The position numbers were made by a program, and so were the translations under genes. Under the pieces are notes generated by a model that was given only the letters and a program-made list of their open reading frames with translations, searched no databases and was not told the origin of the DNA. Below are positions 18,151 through 29,000 of a stretch of DNA of 63,353 nt, in pieces. The DNA is from Acidobacteriota bacterium. GTDB taxonomy: Bacteria; Acidobacteriota; Vicinamibacteria; Vicinamibacterales; SCN-69-37. The stretch spans positions 1 through 63,353 of the forward strand of contig JABMNV010000137.1 in assembly GCA_013203475.1 (NCBI GenBank), given 5' to 3'. Positions within the stretch are counted from its first letter, which is position 1; the number at the start of each line of letters is the position of its first letter.

Positions 18151-19839
18151 ATGCTGACCAAATGTCTCGCTCTCTTGATCGCCCTCTTGCTGTCGCACGT
18201 GGCTTCAGCGCAGTCCTTTTCCCTCGACTACAAGGACAGCTACCCGAAGAATCCAGGGATTGACATCCTGAATTACGCCTTCGAATTGAAGCTGTCTGAC
18301 GAATCGGATTCAGTGTCTGGAACGGCGACCGTTGATGCACGGTTTCTGACAGCCGGACAGCGTGAGTTAAGACTGGACCTCATCAATCAGTCTGATGCGC
18401 TGGACGGAAAGGGAATGGTGGTCCATGGCGTGACGATGAACGGACAGCCGCTGTCTTTTCGCCACGACTCCGACCAGATATTTATCCAACTGGGACGCGC
18501 GAGCCAGGCATTCGAGCGGGTGCAGGTCAAGGTGACGTACAGCGGCATTCCTGCCGCCGGCCTCAAGATTGGCCTCAACAAACACGGCGACCGAGCCTTC
18601 TTCAGCGACAACTGGTCTTCCAAGGTTCGCAATTGGCTTCCAACGGTCGACCACCCGTCGGATAAGGCCACCAGCGAACTGATCGTGACCGCACCCTCGC
18701 ACTACTTGGTGGTGTCGAACGGGGTCCTGGTGGAAGAGACCAGTCAGGGAGACGGAACGACACTGTCTCACTGGAAGAATTCGGTCCCTATCGCCACCTG
18801 GCTCTTCATGTTGGGCGTAGCTGACTTCGCGGTGCAGCATGTCGATGAGTTTGATGGCAAGTCCATCCAGACCTGGGTAGCGCGTCAGGACCGGGATGCG
18901 GGTTTCTACGATTTCGCTGAGACGACCAAGAAAGTCCTCGCCTACTACACGGATCTCGTCGGGCCGTATAGCTACGAGAAGTTGGCGAACATCGTGTCCA
19001 ATGCCACGGGCGGCGGCATGGAAGCCGCGTCTGCTATTGCGTACGCGGAAGGCTCAGTCACTGGAGATCGTTCCAGACGCTGGCAGCTCGTCATCATCCA
19101 TGAGCTTGCCCACCAGTGGTTTGGCAATGCCGTGACCGAATCAGATTGGAATGACGTGTGGCTCAGCGAAGGATTCGCCACGTACTACACACTGTTGTAT
19201 CGAGCACATGACTACGGGCATGACGACTTCATCGCAGGACTGAAGGACGCACGCAACCGGGTGGTCAGTTTCTATCAGGACGACTACGATTTTCAAATTG
19301 TTCGACCCTACGTCGAAGATCTGAACGACGTCTCGGGGCAGATGATGTATCAAAAGGGCGCCTGGACGCTTCACATGCTGCGCGAGAAGATCGGCGTCAA
19401 TGCATTCAACGCCGGTGTCAGGTCGTACTACGCCGAATACAAAGACAAGAACGTGCGGACTGCTGATTTCATGCGGCACCTGGAAGAAGCGTCAGGGCAA
19501 CAACTGGATGGATTCTTCTCCCAGTGGCTGTTTCAAGGAGGCATCCCACACATTGAGGCCTCCTGGCGGGTTGAGGAGAGCGCCGTGAGCGTCAACCTGA
19601 CCCAGACCCAGCAGAAATATCAGTTTGATCTCGATGTGGATGTCACCTTCAGATACGCAGACGGCAGCATGAGTACAGTCACGTCAATCAAGATGCCGAC
19701 CGGGGACGGCGCACCCGCACAGGCCAGTTATCCGGTGCCTGCCGGCAAGCAAGTGGTCGACATGATCATCGATCCAGGGACCCGCCTTCTGGCCACCTGG
19801 AATATCACAGCCCTGCCCCTACTTGAACGCCACAAGTAG
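18151..19839 (+). CDS. Exported M1 aminopeptidase
   Basis: Signal peptide MLTKCLALL, GGMEA, HELAHQWFGN-x-WLSEGFATY, YQKGA. Confidence 0.92.
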   Translation: MLTKCLALLIALLLSHVASAQSFSLDYKDSYPKNPGIDILNYAFELKLSDESDSVSGTATVDARFLTAGQRELRLDLINQSDALDGKGMVVHGVTMNGQPLSFRHDSDQIFIQLGRASQAFERVQVKVTYSGIPAAGLKIGLNKHGDRAFFSDNWSSKVRNWLPTVDHPSDKATSELIVTAPSHYLVVSNGVLVEETSQGDGTTLSHWKNSVPIATWLFMLGVADFAVQHVDEFDGKSIQTWVARQDRDAGFYDFAETTKKVLAYYTDLVGPYSYEKLANIVSNATGGGMEAASAIAYAEGSVTGDRSRRWQLVIIHELAHQWFGNAVTESDWNDVWLSEGFATYYTLLYRAHDYGHDDFIAGLKDARNRVVSFYQDDYDFQIVRPYVEDLNDVSGQMMYQKGAWTLHMLREKIGVNAFNAGVRSYYAEYKDKNVRTADFMRHLEEASGQQLDGFFSQWLFQGGIPHIEASWRVEESAVSVNLTQTQQKYQFDLDVDVTFRYADGSMSTVTSIKMPTGDGAPAQASYPVPAGKQVVDMIIDPGTRLLATWNITALPLLERHK

Positions 19840-22800
19840 ATACACCGAATGGCGACCGTAGGTTTCGTAGAACGGCTTGAACGGTACGCCGTCGACTGAG
19901 AACCGCAGCGTCGCAGGATCGCCCGCGACAGACCGACTGATGTCGTCCACATCAAACTCCACCCGTCGCCAGTCGGTGCGGGCCGACGGCTCTTCGGCCG
20001 CGAGCAGCACCGGGCCCCAGAACAGGCTGGCCACGTTCGGCTGATCCACCACGTGATCGAGGTGGAACGAGAACGGCATCCGCACCTCAACGGTGTCATC
20101 GTCACTCCACGCTCTGGAGAGGGTCAGATACGTCCCCGGGGTCGCCGTGACCGCTTCGTCACGGCCGTTGATCTTGACGAACGCGCCGCGCGTGGCCCAT
20201 TCCGGCACCCGTACCTTGATGTCGAACTGGGCCTCGCCGTTGGCGCCCTTGATGACGAGCGTGGTCGTGTCGGCATAGGGAAAATCGGTCGTCTGTTGAA
20301 CCGTGACCTTGCGTTCCGTCCAGGTCAACGTGGATGGGATGAACAAGTTGACGTACAGCGCCGACTGGTCGGCACTCCGGAAGTAGATCGTGTCCTGCAG
20401 CTTCGTGTGGCTTTCGAGTGCCGTCCCGTTGCAGCAGGTGAAGCCGGTCATATTCGCGTTACCGAACCGTTTCTGCGCGCCAGGATTGAGCGGCACGTGA
20501 TACGTGTTGCCGGCGTCGTCTTCGGCGACCGACGCGAGGATGTGATTGTAGAGCGCCCGCTCGTAGTGATCCATGTACTTGGCGGTCTGGTCATACATGA
20601 ACAACTGTCGATCAAGCTTCAGCACGTTGTAGGTCGCGCACGTCTCGTTCTGGCCGCCGGTGGCAAACCCGTTGCCCCACAGCGTGTTTGGCTGAATCGG
20701 AAAGCACTCGGCGTTGTTCGGCGTGCGTGCGCCGGCCACACCCCCGATGCTGTAGGTATAGCCGCCGTTGACGATCTCCCAAAAATTAGACGCAATCATG
20801 AAATACGGCAGCTCGCTCGTGTTGCGGAACGTCTCGAGCGCGCCCGTGATCTGCGGAATGTGCTGGTTGGCGTGTCTGCCGCGCACCGTATCGACGCCCT
20901 TGGCTAGACCGTGATCGTGATTCTCGTTACCGAAAAAGAAATTGGTGTTGTCGAACAGTTTGGCGGTGTCGAGAAAGCGTCGCTCGCCCGTGAGGCGGAA
21001 TAGACGCGCCATCGCTTCGTTCATGCCGCCGTACTCGCCGGCGATATACCGATTCCACATCGTGGTGCGCGTTTCCGCTGGGACCTTCTGCAGGCGAGCG
21101 TGCACCCACCCACCCATACCTCTGGCAATCTCAAGTGCTTTCGTGTTGCCGGCCACTTCATAGGTGTCGAGCAGGCCCGAGAGAATCTTGTGAAGCGTGT
21201 AGTACGGCGCCCAGATCTGGCTGTCCTGGGTCCCGTAGCTCGCCCCCCGCTCGAGCATGATGAACTGGTCGGGCGGATACGCGCTGATGAAGCCCGTGCC
21301 CCAGTTCCAGTAGTCAGTACGAATCGCGTCGGCGCGAAGGTTCGAGTCGTAGCTCTCTCGACCAGGACCGACAGGCACGGCCGCCGGGTCGGCCACCGCC
21401 GGACCGCCCGCTTGCGCCGGCCGGCCTGACTTCTGTGACAACTCGTACAGCGTGTCTACGAGATAGGTCATCTTCTGAAGAAAGATCGCCTGCAGGGCCG
21501 GATCGTACCCGGTGCTCGCGTACGCCTGCGCGACGGCTGTCAGATAGTGGCCGCTGGCGTGACCTCTGAGCCGCGTCGTCTGGTTGTCCCATCCTTCAAG
21601 CGGCGTGACGCCTTCTGGTTGCGACTGCCCAAACGCGTCCCGGAAGTTGTAAAGGAAGTTATCCGGGTTGGTGGCCGCCAGGCCGCGAACGAACTTGTCG
21701 CGGTTCTTGATGAACGGCGTGTCGCGCCCCATTGAGTCTCGATTGAGCACCACCTGACTGAGCGAAAACGGCTCCACCAGGCGGTCGGGTGGCGTGGTCG
21801 TGCCGACCGGCACCTTGACGATCACGGTCACTGTCGGCTCGAATCGCGTGCCGGGCACTCGGCCGGACACCGTGAACGTGCCGGGCTTGAGCACCGAGGT
21901 GTTGTCGGTGGGCGACGGCCAGATGACGCGCGCATCGCCGGCGACGCCGCCGACATATGTCGCGGCCACACGGCGCGGCAGCCGCGGCAAGATGCCGACG
22001 GTTGTTTCCACGGTGGCGTCTGTCACGCTGGTCAGGCGCAGCGCAAAAGGCGATGTGCTCGGGATGTTGGCGGTTGAGATTTCCGGCGGTGCACCACGGC
22101 GACCCCGGCTGCCAGTCGTCTGCGTGGCCGCCAGCGCGTTGCGGCGAATCGTGGCGACGGGCTCGTCGCCCAGCGCGACGCGATACAGACGAATATCGCG
22201 CAACCGTCCATGCAATGTAGGCGCGCCGTCCTGCAGCGATCGTCCGAGGAACAACTGATTGGTCGTCGCCGAACTGCCGGAGGCCGGCTGGGGCAGAATC
22301 TGCGAAGGTGTCGCGTTGACCCCGGTGGCCTGCCCCGCCCGCAAGCCGTCAATGTATGTCGTCAGTACCTGGCTCGCCGGATCCAGCACGACCGCAAAGT
22401 GCACCCACTGATTCTCGACCACGGGCTTGGGCACCGTCATCCCGCGGACCTGACCGTCTACGATAACCGCTGCCTGAAAGCCATCGGCACCAACGAGGGC
22501 GAACAGTCTGGTCAAGGGTCCCTGGCCGAAGTCGAAGACAGGACCGGACGCTCGGGTCGGGAGATACAGCCACCCGGTCACACCAATCGCGTCTTCACCA
22601 GCCAGTGCATCGGCGGGTAACTGGATGTGACTCCCGTCACCCGTCAGCAGCAACACGCGACGCTGAGGACCGTCCTCCACAAAGGCGCCACCGGTGCCGA
22701 GCAGTGTGGCGTGCAGTTGGTTTCTCGAAGCATCCTCGGTGTTGCCGTTGAAGACATACCGGGCGATCAGAGCTGTCTCGCCGATACCGTCGAGAAACTG

Positions 22801-22917
22801 GTCTCCGGCCTGGCCCGCGGCCTGGTCGTTCTGAGGCCCATTCGCGACAACGACAGCGACGACGGTCGCAACCGTGATCGTCAGCACCAGCATCAATGAA
22901 AGGAATACTCGGGACAT
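19819..22917 (-). CDS. GH127/GH146 beta-L-arabinofuranosidase-like protein with N-terminal LamG and Ig-like domains
   Basis: LRGHASGHYL, WAPYYTLHK, GEYGGMNE, HANQHIP, ETCATYN, FTCCNGT. True start at MSRVFLSL; the ORF-track extension belongs to the upstream pseudogene. Confidence 0.88.
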   Translation of the reverse strand: MSRVFLSLMLVLTITVATVVAVVVANGPQNDQAAGQAGDQFLDGIGETALIARYVFNGNTEDASRNQLHATLLGTGGAFVEDGPQRRVLLLTGDGSHIQLPADALAGEDAIGVTGWLYLPTRASGPVFDFGQGPLTRLFALVGADGFQAAVIVDGQVRGMTVPKPVVENQWVHFAVVLDPASQVLTTYIDGLRAGQATGVNATPSQILPQPASGSSATTNQLFLGRSLQDGAPTLHGRLRDIRLYRVALGDEPVATIRRNALAATQTTGSRGRRGAPPEISTANIPSTSPFALRLTSVTDATVETTVGILPRLPRRVAATYVGGVAGDARVIWPSPTDNTSVLKPGTFTVSGRVPGTRFEPTVTVIVKVPVGTTTPPDRLVEPFSLSQVVLNRDSMGRDTPFIKNRDKFVRGLAATNPDNFLYNFRDAFGQSQPEGVTPLEGWDNQTTRLRGHASGHYLTAVAQAYASTGYDPALQAIFLQKMTYLVDTLYELSQKSGRPAQAGGPAVADPAAVPVGPGRESYDSNLRADAIRTDYWNWGTGFISAYPPDQFIMLERGASYGTQDSQIWAPYYTLHKILSGLLDTYEVAGNTKALEIARGMGGWVHARLQKVPAETRTTMWNRYIAGEYGGMNEAMARLFRLTGERRFLDTAKLFDNTNFFFGNENHDHGLAKGVDTVRGRHANQHIPQITGALETFRNTSELPYFMIASNFWEIVNGGYTYSIGGVAGARTPNNAECFPIQPNTLWGNGFATGGQNETCATYNVLKLDRQLFMYDQTAKYMDHYERALYNHILASVAEDDAGNTYHVPLNPGAQKRFGNANMTGFTCCNGTALESHTKLQDTIYFRSADQSALYVNLFIPSTLTWTERKVTVQQTTDFPYADTTTLVIKGANGEAQFDIKVRVPEWATRGAFVKINGRDEAVTATPGTYLTLSRAWSDDDTVEVRMPFSFHLDHVVDQPNVASLFWGPVLLAAEEPSARTDWRRVEFDVDDISRSVAGDPATLRFSVDGVPFKPFYETYGRHSVYLLVAFK

Positions 22918-22976
22918 ATCGGAGATTCTAGACCAAGACCTTGCTCGAGGCGGGAACATCTCACGTGCGTGTTCGA

Positions 22977-23372
22977 TCACCGGTACACCTGAAAAAAGTT
23001 CGTCGGCAGGAAATCGTAGGATGCCGCGCGGACAAAACCGACCGCCTTCATCCACTCGTCCACTTGCGCTGGCGTAATGGCAAACGACTCGTGACCGGCC
23101 GGCCACCGGCCCTGGTTGAAGTCGATAATGGCCACCCGGCCTCAGCAGAGACCGGAGTTGCTTCGTGTACTCGGCCTGATTCGGTAGATGGTGCATCGTG
23201 TCGCAAATGAGAATGAGGTCCACAAGTTCGGGCAGCCTTGGATCGGTCGCGCCCGCCACCACACTCTGAATACTCCCGATTCCCGCTGCTGAGCGCGTGC
23301 GACGTCGACCATCGCGACCGCGGCCGCACACACGAGGACAACGGTTACCGACCTGCGACGATTCAGGGACAT
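22977..23372 (-). pseudogene. Exported class I SAM methyltransferase, internal deletion plus frameshift
   Basis: SD aggagg and signal MSLNRRRSVTVVLVC...AQQRE, then jumps frame to DPRLPELVDLILICDTMHHL...LLRPGG and again to VAIIDFNQ...FLPTNFFQVYR*. SAM motif I is missing. Confidence 0.75.
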
Positions 23373-23470
23373 AGGTCTCCTCCTGAGACGTAGTCTACGC
23401 CCACGGCTGCCTCGCCGATTTTCGCGAATGCTCGCGGCCTTGAAGCACCAGGCCGCGCTACAGTAGATTG

Positions 23471-23935
23471 ATGAGTGGACTTCGTTCCGACGCCCGCGGC
23501 GTCATCGTCGCCTGTCCTCAGTGCCGGCAGTCAAATCGTCTGGCATACGCCCGGCTTGGACTCACCACACGCTGTGGCAAGTGCGAGACTGCACTCGCGG
23601 CGCCTGGGTTGCCGGTCGACGTCGCCAGCAGTGCACACTTCGACGCACTGGTCCGCGGATCGCGCCTGCCCGTGCTGGTGGACTTCTGGGCCGAATGGTG
23701 CGGGCCCTGTCGAATGGTGGCCCCCGAGATCACCAAGGTGGCCGCCAGTCATGCGGGAGAATGGCTCGTCGCGAAAGTCGATACTGAGGCCGTGTCGGAC
23801 CTGGCGGCCAGACTCCAGGTCCAGTCCATTCCGACGATGGGCGTGTTTCACGCAGGTTTGGTCGCAGGACGTAAGTCCGGAGCGATGTCGGCCCCACAGA
23901 TTGAAGCATTCGTCCGGGCGTCGCTGGAACGGTGA
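23471..23935 (+). CDS. trxC: Thioredoxin 2 (zinc-finger thioredoxin)
   Basis: CPQC...CGKC zinc finger, DFWAEWCGPC, SIPT. Confidence 0.9.
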   Translation: MSGLRSDARGVIVACPQCRQSNRLAYARLGLTTRCGKCETALAAPGLPVDVASSAHFDALVRGSRLPVLVDFWAEWCGPCRMVAPEITKVAASHAGEWLVAKVDTEAVSDLAARLQVQSIPTMGVFHAGLVAGRKSGAMSAPQIEAFVRASLER

Positions 23936-23942
23936 GACACCT

Positions 23943-25409
23943 TCACCACCGGAACGTCGTGGCTGCGGCCCGTTCGGCCAGTGACAGTCGCGCGTCTTCG
24001 GCCGTCTGACGGCTGAGATACGGAATGTCAATGCGGTGCGCACCGGCGCCGGCCGTATCCACGCGCAGGCAGGCCATCTGCCACCGGCGATCGAATGGCG
24101 ATTCCTCAAAGTCGACGACCTGGATTTTTTCAAGCGGCACGATGGTGATCGCTCGTCGGATCCAGCCGCTGCGGAAGGCGATGACCTGCTCGGTGCGCGC
24201 CCAACCCAGGCTCTTGACGTAGAGCCGGCTGGCGACCATGCCCCACGCGGCAAGCGCCAAGGCGACCCCCAGGCTCCACCAGGTGCCGACCCACGGCGCA
24301 GTGACGCCGCCCAGGAACGCGGCCCAAATCAACGCCAGGTTCCGTCGTCGCCCAAACGCGCGGGGGTCAACCGGCTGCCAAGACAGCGCTGTCAGATCGA
24401 TTCCGGGCAGCACCGTGGCAACGAGCGCGGGCAAATCAGTCATGCGAATGATCGGCGCAATCCACTCACGTTCAGACCCGGCTTTCCCAGTGGGATCACC
24501 GCCGGCGGTTTCCACCCGCACTGACGCTCGTCCAGTCCATCGGTGACCAGGGTTTCGTTTGATCTTGATCGCCTGCACCCGGCGGAGGGGAATCGTGGCC
24601 GTCACGTGTGTGAGCGCGCCATACGACACTCGAAGGTCGCCGTTGTTCTGCTTCAACTCAAATCCGTGCAGCCGAACGATCGCCCAAACGGTGGAGAGCA
24701 AAGGTGCCACCACGAACAGGCCGAGTACCCCGGAAACGTAAAGGGGCCAAGTCGCCAAATCGAGATCCTCGAAGCGATCCATCACGCCTGTCTCCCACAT
24801 CAGGCCCCACGCAGCGCCAATGACCACCCACCCGCGATTGTCGAACAAGCCTGACAGGGCGAGATCGCGCGGGGACAAGTGCAGCAGGCTGCGTGTCGGC
24901 ACGGCCGGGACCTGAGGTGCCGCGCCAAGCCCCTCTTGCTCGTCGACGGCCTGGATGACCGGCAATGCTTGCCGGCGTCCTGCAAAGACCCGCTCGCGCA
25001 TGTCCTCGAGCGCCGACATCGGCAACACGCTGAGGGTGGCCTCGGCCTCACCGCCGGTGGCCGTTTGTACTTTCACATCAACCACACTGAGCCACCGGTG
25101 CAGCAGGTTCTGCACGGCGTCCACGCTCTGGATGCGCGCGTAGGGAATGTGTCGTTCGTTCCTGAAGATGATGCCGGTGCGGACGACCAGCTCGGTTTCG
25201 TCGTAGCGGTAGGTCGAGAACAGGTACCTGACCACGGCGAGAATTGCCGCAGGCACAAAGAAGACGAACAGGAACCGTTCCGTGCCGGCGCCTTGCCGGG
25301 CCGTCATCGTGGCAAGGATGGCGGGCACGAGAAACCGGCGAAGTTCACCACCTAAGGCGAACAGCACAGTCAGTGGATGCAGGCGTTGGTCAGACGGCGT
25401 CACGGCCAT
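23943..25409 (-). CDS. YdbT-like membrane protein with three bacterial PH domains
   Basis: RLHPLT, IPYARIQSVD, IPLRRVQAI, VPLEKIQVV...LRVDTAG. Confidence 0.85.
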   Translation of the reverse strand: MAVTPSDQRLHPLTVLFALGGELRRFLVPAILATMTARQGAGTERFLFVFFVPAAILAVVRYLFSTYRYDETELVVRTGIIFRNERHIPYARIQSVDAVQNLLHRWLSVVDVKVQTATGGEAEATLSVLPMSALEDMRERVFAGRRQALPVIQAVDEQEGLGAAPQVPAVPTRSLLHLSPRDLALSGLFDNRGWVVIGAAWGLMWETGVMDRFEDLDLATWPLYVSGVLGLFVVAPLLSTVWAIVRLHGFELKQNNGDLRVSYGALTHVTATIPLRRVQAIKIKRNPGHRWTGRASVRVETAGGDPTGKAGSEREWIAPIIRMTDLPALVATVLPGIDLTALSWQPVDPRAFGRRRNLALIWAAFLGGVTAPWVGTWWSLGVALALAAWGMVASRLYVKSLGWARTEQVIAFRSGWIRRAITIVPLEKIQVVDFEESPFDRRWQMACLRVDTAGAGAHRIDIPYLSRQTAEDARLSLAERAAATTFRW

Positions 25410-25887
25410 CTCGGGGCAACAGTTGGTCGCGAAGCGCCAGCGCATCTTCCCGGCTCAGCCCGGACAGCGCCACCCGGGCATGCTCCGACCCAGCCGTATG
25501 CACGATCAGTGTGCTCAGACCGTAGCTGCGTTCAATCGGTCCCTGGGACACGTCGGTATGTTGCACCCGGCTGCGCGGCACGTTGACCACCCGCTTCCAG
25601 ATGACGCCGCGCCGGATTTCAAGGCCGTCCGCATCCAAGCGGTACGACGCGTGGGCATACGCCCTGACTGGCCACAGCCAGTGCCACACCGCCAGAAGGA
25701 TCGTTCCCACGAACCACCCGATCGCGCCGAGACCTACAATGGTCCACGTCGGGCGCACCCGCAACCCGACCGAGCCCAACACAAACAGGGCGACGGCGCC
25801 GAAGACGACCGCGGTGACCAGACCACCAATCTGTCGGACCTGAATCACGCGTGGATCGAGTCGAAGAAACCCGTCGGGAAGCATCAC
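25390..25887 (-). CDS. YdbS-like bacterial PH-domain membrane protein
   Basis: Two TM, VPRSRVQHTDVSQGPIERSYGLSTLIVHTAG; overlaps its partner gene. Confidence 0.88.
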   Translation of the reverse strand: MMLPDGFLRLDPRVIQVRQIGGLVTAVVFGAVALFVLGSVGLRVRPTWTIVGLGAIGWFVGTILLAVWHWLWPVRAYAHASYRLDADGLEIRRGVIWKRVVNVPRSRVQHTDVSQGPIERSYGLSTLIVHTAGSEHARVALSGLSREDALALRDQLLPRDGRDAV

Positions 25888-25922
25888 GGTCTAGCGTACT
25901 ACGCGGACGCGGCGGGCTTGAG

Positions 25923-25968
25923 CCCCCATTTCCCCACCTCCCCATCTCCCCATCTCCCCATCTCCCCA
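25923..25968. repeat. 8-bp tandem repeat (CCCCAYCT)x~6
   Basis: Six C4 runs at ~8-bp period; the minus strand reads (GGGGAGRT)n. Confidence 0.9.
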
Positions 25969-25969
25969 G

Positions 25970-25995
25970 TTGCGATAGATTGATTGTGATCGCAA
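25970..25995 (+). promoter_or_regulatory. Possible regulator site upstream of PFOR
   Basis: Inverted repeat TTGCGAT-N12-ATCGCAA containing TTGAT-N4-ATCGC (8/10 match to the FNR consensus). Confidence 0.3.
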
Positions 25996-26096
25996 GCGTG
26001 GTGTCGCCACGTTGTGACTGAGAGCAACCCTGCGGGTGTCATTCATATCCCCCGCGATCAGGCGCGCCGTCCGCCCTCCAGAGGAAGAGTCTCTTT

Positions 26097-29000
26097 ATGG
26101 CTCACCGTTGGATCACTGTCGATGGCAATGAAGCTGCCGCCCTGGTAGCGCATCGCACGAACGAAGTCATTGCCATCTATCCCATCACGCCTTCATCAAC
26201 GATGGGCGAGCTCGCCGACGAGTGGTCATCGAAGGGCCAAACCAATATCTGGGGCCAGATTCCAAGCGTGATGGAAATGCAATCAGAAGGTGGCGTGGCG
26301 GGAGCCGTGCACGGCGCGTTGCAGGCTGGCGCACTGGCGACGACGTTCACGGCCAGTCAGGGCCTGCTCCTGATGATTCCGAATCTGTACAAGATTGTGG
26401 GCGAGCTGACGCCATTCACGATGCACGTGACCGCGCGCACGATCGCCACCCACGCGCTGTCGCTTTTGGGCGACCACTCAGACGTCATGGCCTGCCGCCA
26501 GACGGGCGTCGAGATGCTGGCCTCCAATACGGTGCACGAAGCCCACGACTTCGCGTGCATCGCTCAGGCAGCCACGCTCGCCTCTCGCCTCCTCTTTATC
26601 CATTTTTTTGACGGCTTCAGAACGTCACACGAGATCGCCCGCATCGAGGCGCTGGAAGACGATGACCTGAGGGCGATGCTGCCCGAAGAACTCATTGCCG
26701 CGCATCGGCAACGAGCGCTGTCGCCGGATCACCCCGTACTCCGTGGCACCGCGCAGAATCCGGATGTGTTCTTCCAGGCTCGTGAAGCGGCCAACAGTTT
26801 TCACATCGACGGTCCCGCGCACGTCCAGGCCGCCATGGATCGCTTCGCTGGTCTCACCAGTCGCCACTACAAGCTCTTTGACTACGTCGGTCACCCCGAG
26901 GCCGAGCGTGTCATGGTGATCATGGGCTCTGGTGCCGAGACGGCTGAGACGTTCGTCGAAGCGCTCGCTGCCAAGGGGGAACGGATCGGCCTGATCAAGG
27001 TGCGGTTGTATCGACCATTCGACGTAGAGGCCTTCATTGCTGCCATGCCCCAGACTGTCAAGGCGATCGCCGTGATGGATAGTACGAAGGAACCTGGGAC
27101 AATTGGCGACCCGCTCTTTGGGGACATCGTGGCGGCCCTCAACCAGGACGGCCGCCTCCATCCGAAAATCACCGGCGGCCGGTACGGACTCGCGTCGAAA
27201 GAATTCACACCGGCGATGGTCAAGGCGGTCTTTGACGAACTCGGGAAGCCGACTCCCAAGGCTCACTTCACCGTTGGCATCAATGACGATGTGACGCGGC
27301 TGTCGCTCGAGGTGGACCCGGAGTTTTCCATTGAGAAACCGGATACCGTGCGCGCCGTGTTCTTCGGCCTCGGCGCGGACGGTACGGTGGGCGCCAACAA
27401 GCACTCAATCAAGATCATCGGTGAAGACACGCCGAATTTCGCGCAGGGTTTCTTCGTGTACGACTCGACAAAGTCGGGAGCGGTAACCATTTCGCATCTG
27501 CGTTTCGGCCCGCGGCCCATTCGAGCGCCCTACCTGATTCGGCAGGCGAGTTTCGTCGCGTGTCACCAGTTCGATTTCCTCGATAAGTATGACGTGCTCG
27601 GCTACGCCCAGCCCGGCGCGGTGCTGTTGATCAACGCCCCCTACCCGACGGAAGAGGTCTGGGACGAGCTGTCGGTCGAGGTGCAGCAGGCGATCATTAC
27701 CAAAGGCATTCGCCTCTATGTGATTGACGGCTATACCGTCGCCCGTCACGCGGACATGGGCAACCGCATCAACACCATCATGCAGGTGTGTTTCTTCGCG
27801 ATTTCCGGTGTGCTGCCGCGTGACGAAGCAATCATCCACATCAAGGAAGCGATCAAGAAGACCTACGGCAAACGCGGAGACCTCGTGGTGCAGGCCAACT
27901 TCGCTGCGGTGGATGCGGCATTGGCGCAGTTACATGAAATCACAGTGCCGGCAGCGGCCAGTTCCCTTCGCCACCCTGCGCCGATCGTCTCAGCCGATGC
28001 GCCTGACTTCATTCAGCGGGTCACGGCCATGATGATGTCCAACCAGGGCGATCTGCTGCCGGTCAGCGCGTTTCCGGTTGACGGCACATGGCCGTCAGGC
28101 ACGGCGAAATGGGAGAAGCGCTCCATCGCGACGGAGATTCCCGTCTGGGACGAAGGGTTATGTATCCAGTGCAATAAGTGTGCGCTGGTCTGCCCACATG
28201 CGGCGATTCGCGCCAAACTCGCGACGCCTGAGGCACTGGGTGACCGCCCAGAGACGTTCAAGGCGGTTCCCTTCAAGGGCAACGACCACGCCGGCATGGA
28301 GTACATCATTCAGGTCGCACCCGACGACTGCACAGGATGTTCGTTGTGCGTCATGGTGTGCCCGGCCAAAGACAAGTCCAACCCGAAACACAAAGCGCTG
28401 GACCTGCACCCGCAGCGGCCGTTGCGCGAGGCGGAACGTGAGAACTATGCGTTCTTCCTCGACCTGCCTGAAGTGGACCGGAACACGGTGAAGAGCGACG
28501 CCAAGAGCACCCAGTTCCTTGAGCCGTTGTTTGAGTATTCGGGGGCCTGTGCCGGATGCGGTGAGACGCCGTACATCAAGTTGCTGACGCAGTTGTATGG
28601 CGACCATCTACTGATTGCCGACGCTTCCGGGTGCTCATCGATTTATGGCGGCAACCTGCCGACGACGCCGTACACCATCAATCGCGATGGCCGCGGACCG
28701 GGATGGTCGAACTCACTCTTTGAAGACAACGCCGAGTTCGGCCTGGGCATGCGGTTGGCCGCTGATTCGCAGGCGGGCGAATCGAGACGGCTGCTGCAGG
28801 TGTTGGCGGATCGGAGCGCGATTCCGGCCGACCTCGCTGAGGCAGTGTTGGCAGCCGACCAGAGCACCGCCGCCGGACTGAACGCCCAGCGGGAGCGTAT
28901 CGTGACGCTCAAGGGGTTGCTGCGCGAGATGAGTGACCCGGAGGCGAAGCGGCTTCTGGTGCTGGCTGATGCGCTCGCCAAGAAGACGGTCTGGATTGTG

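Noticed and set aside
22918-23331. Methyltransferase-GH127 fusion protein (1170-aa ORF)
   Set aside because: Chance in-frame pseudogene debris; GH127 has its own -10 box, ATG and signal peptide at 22917.
25923-25968. CRISPR array
   Set aside because: 8-bp tandem unit with no unique spacers and no cas genes.
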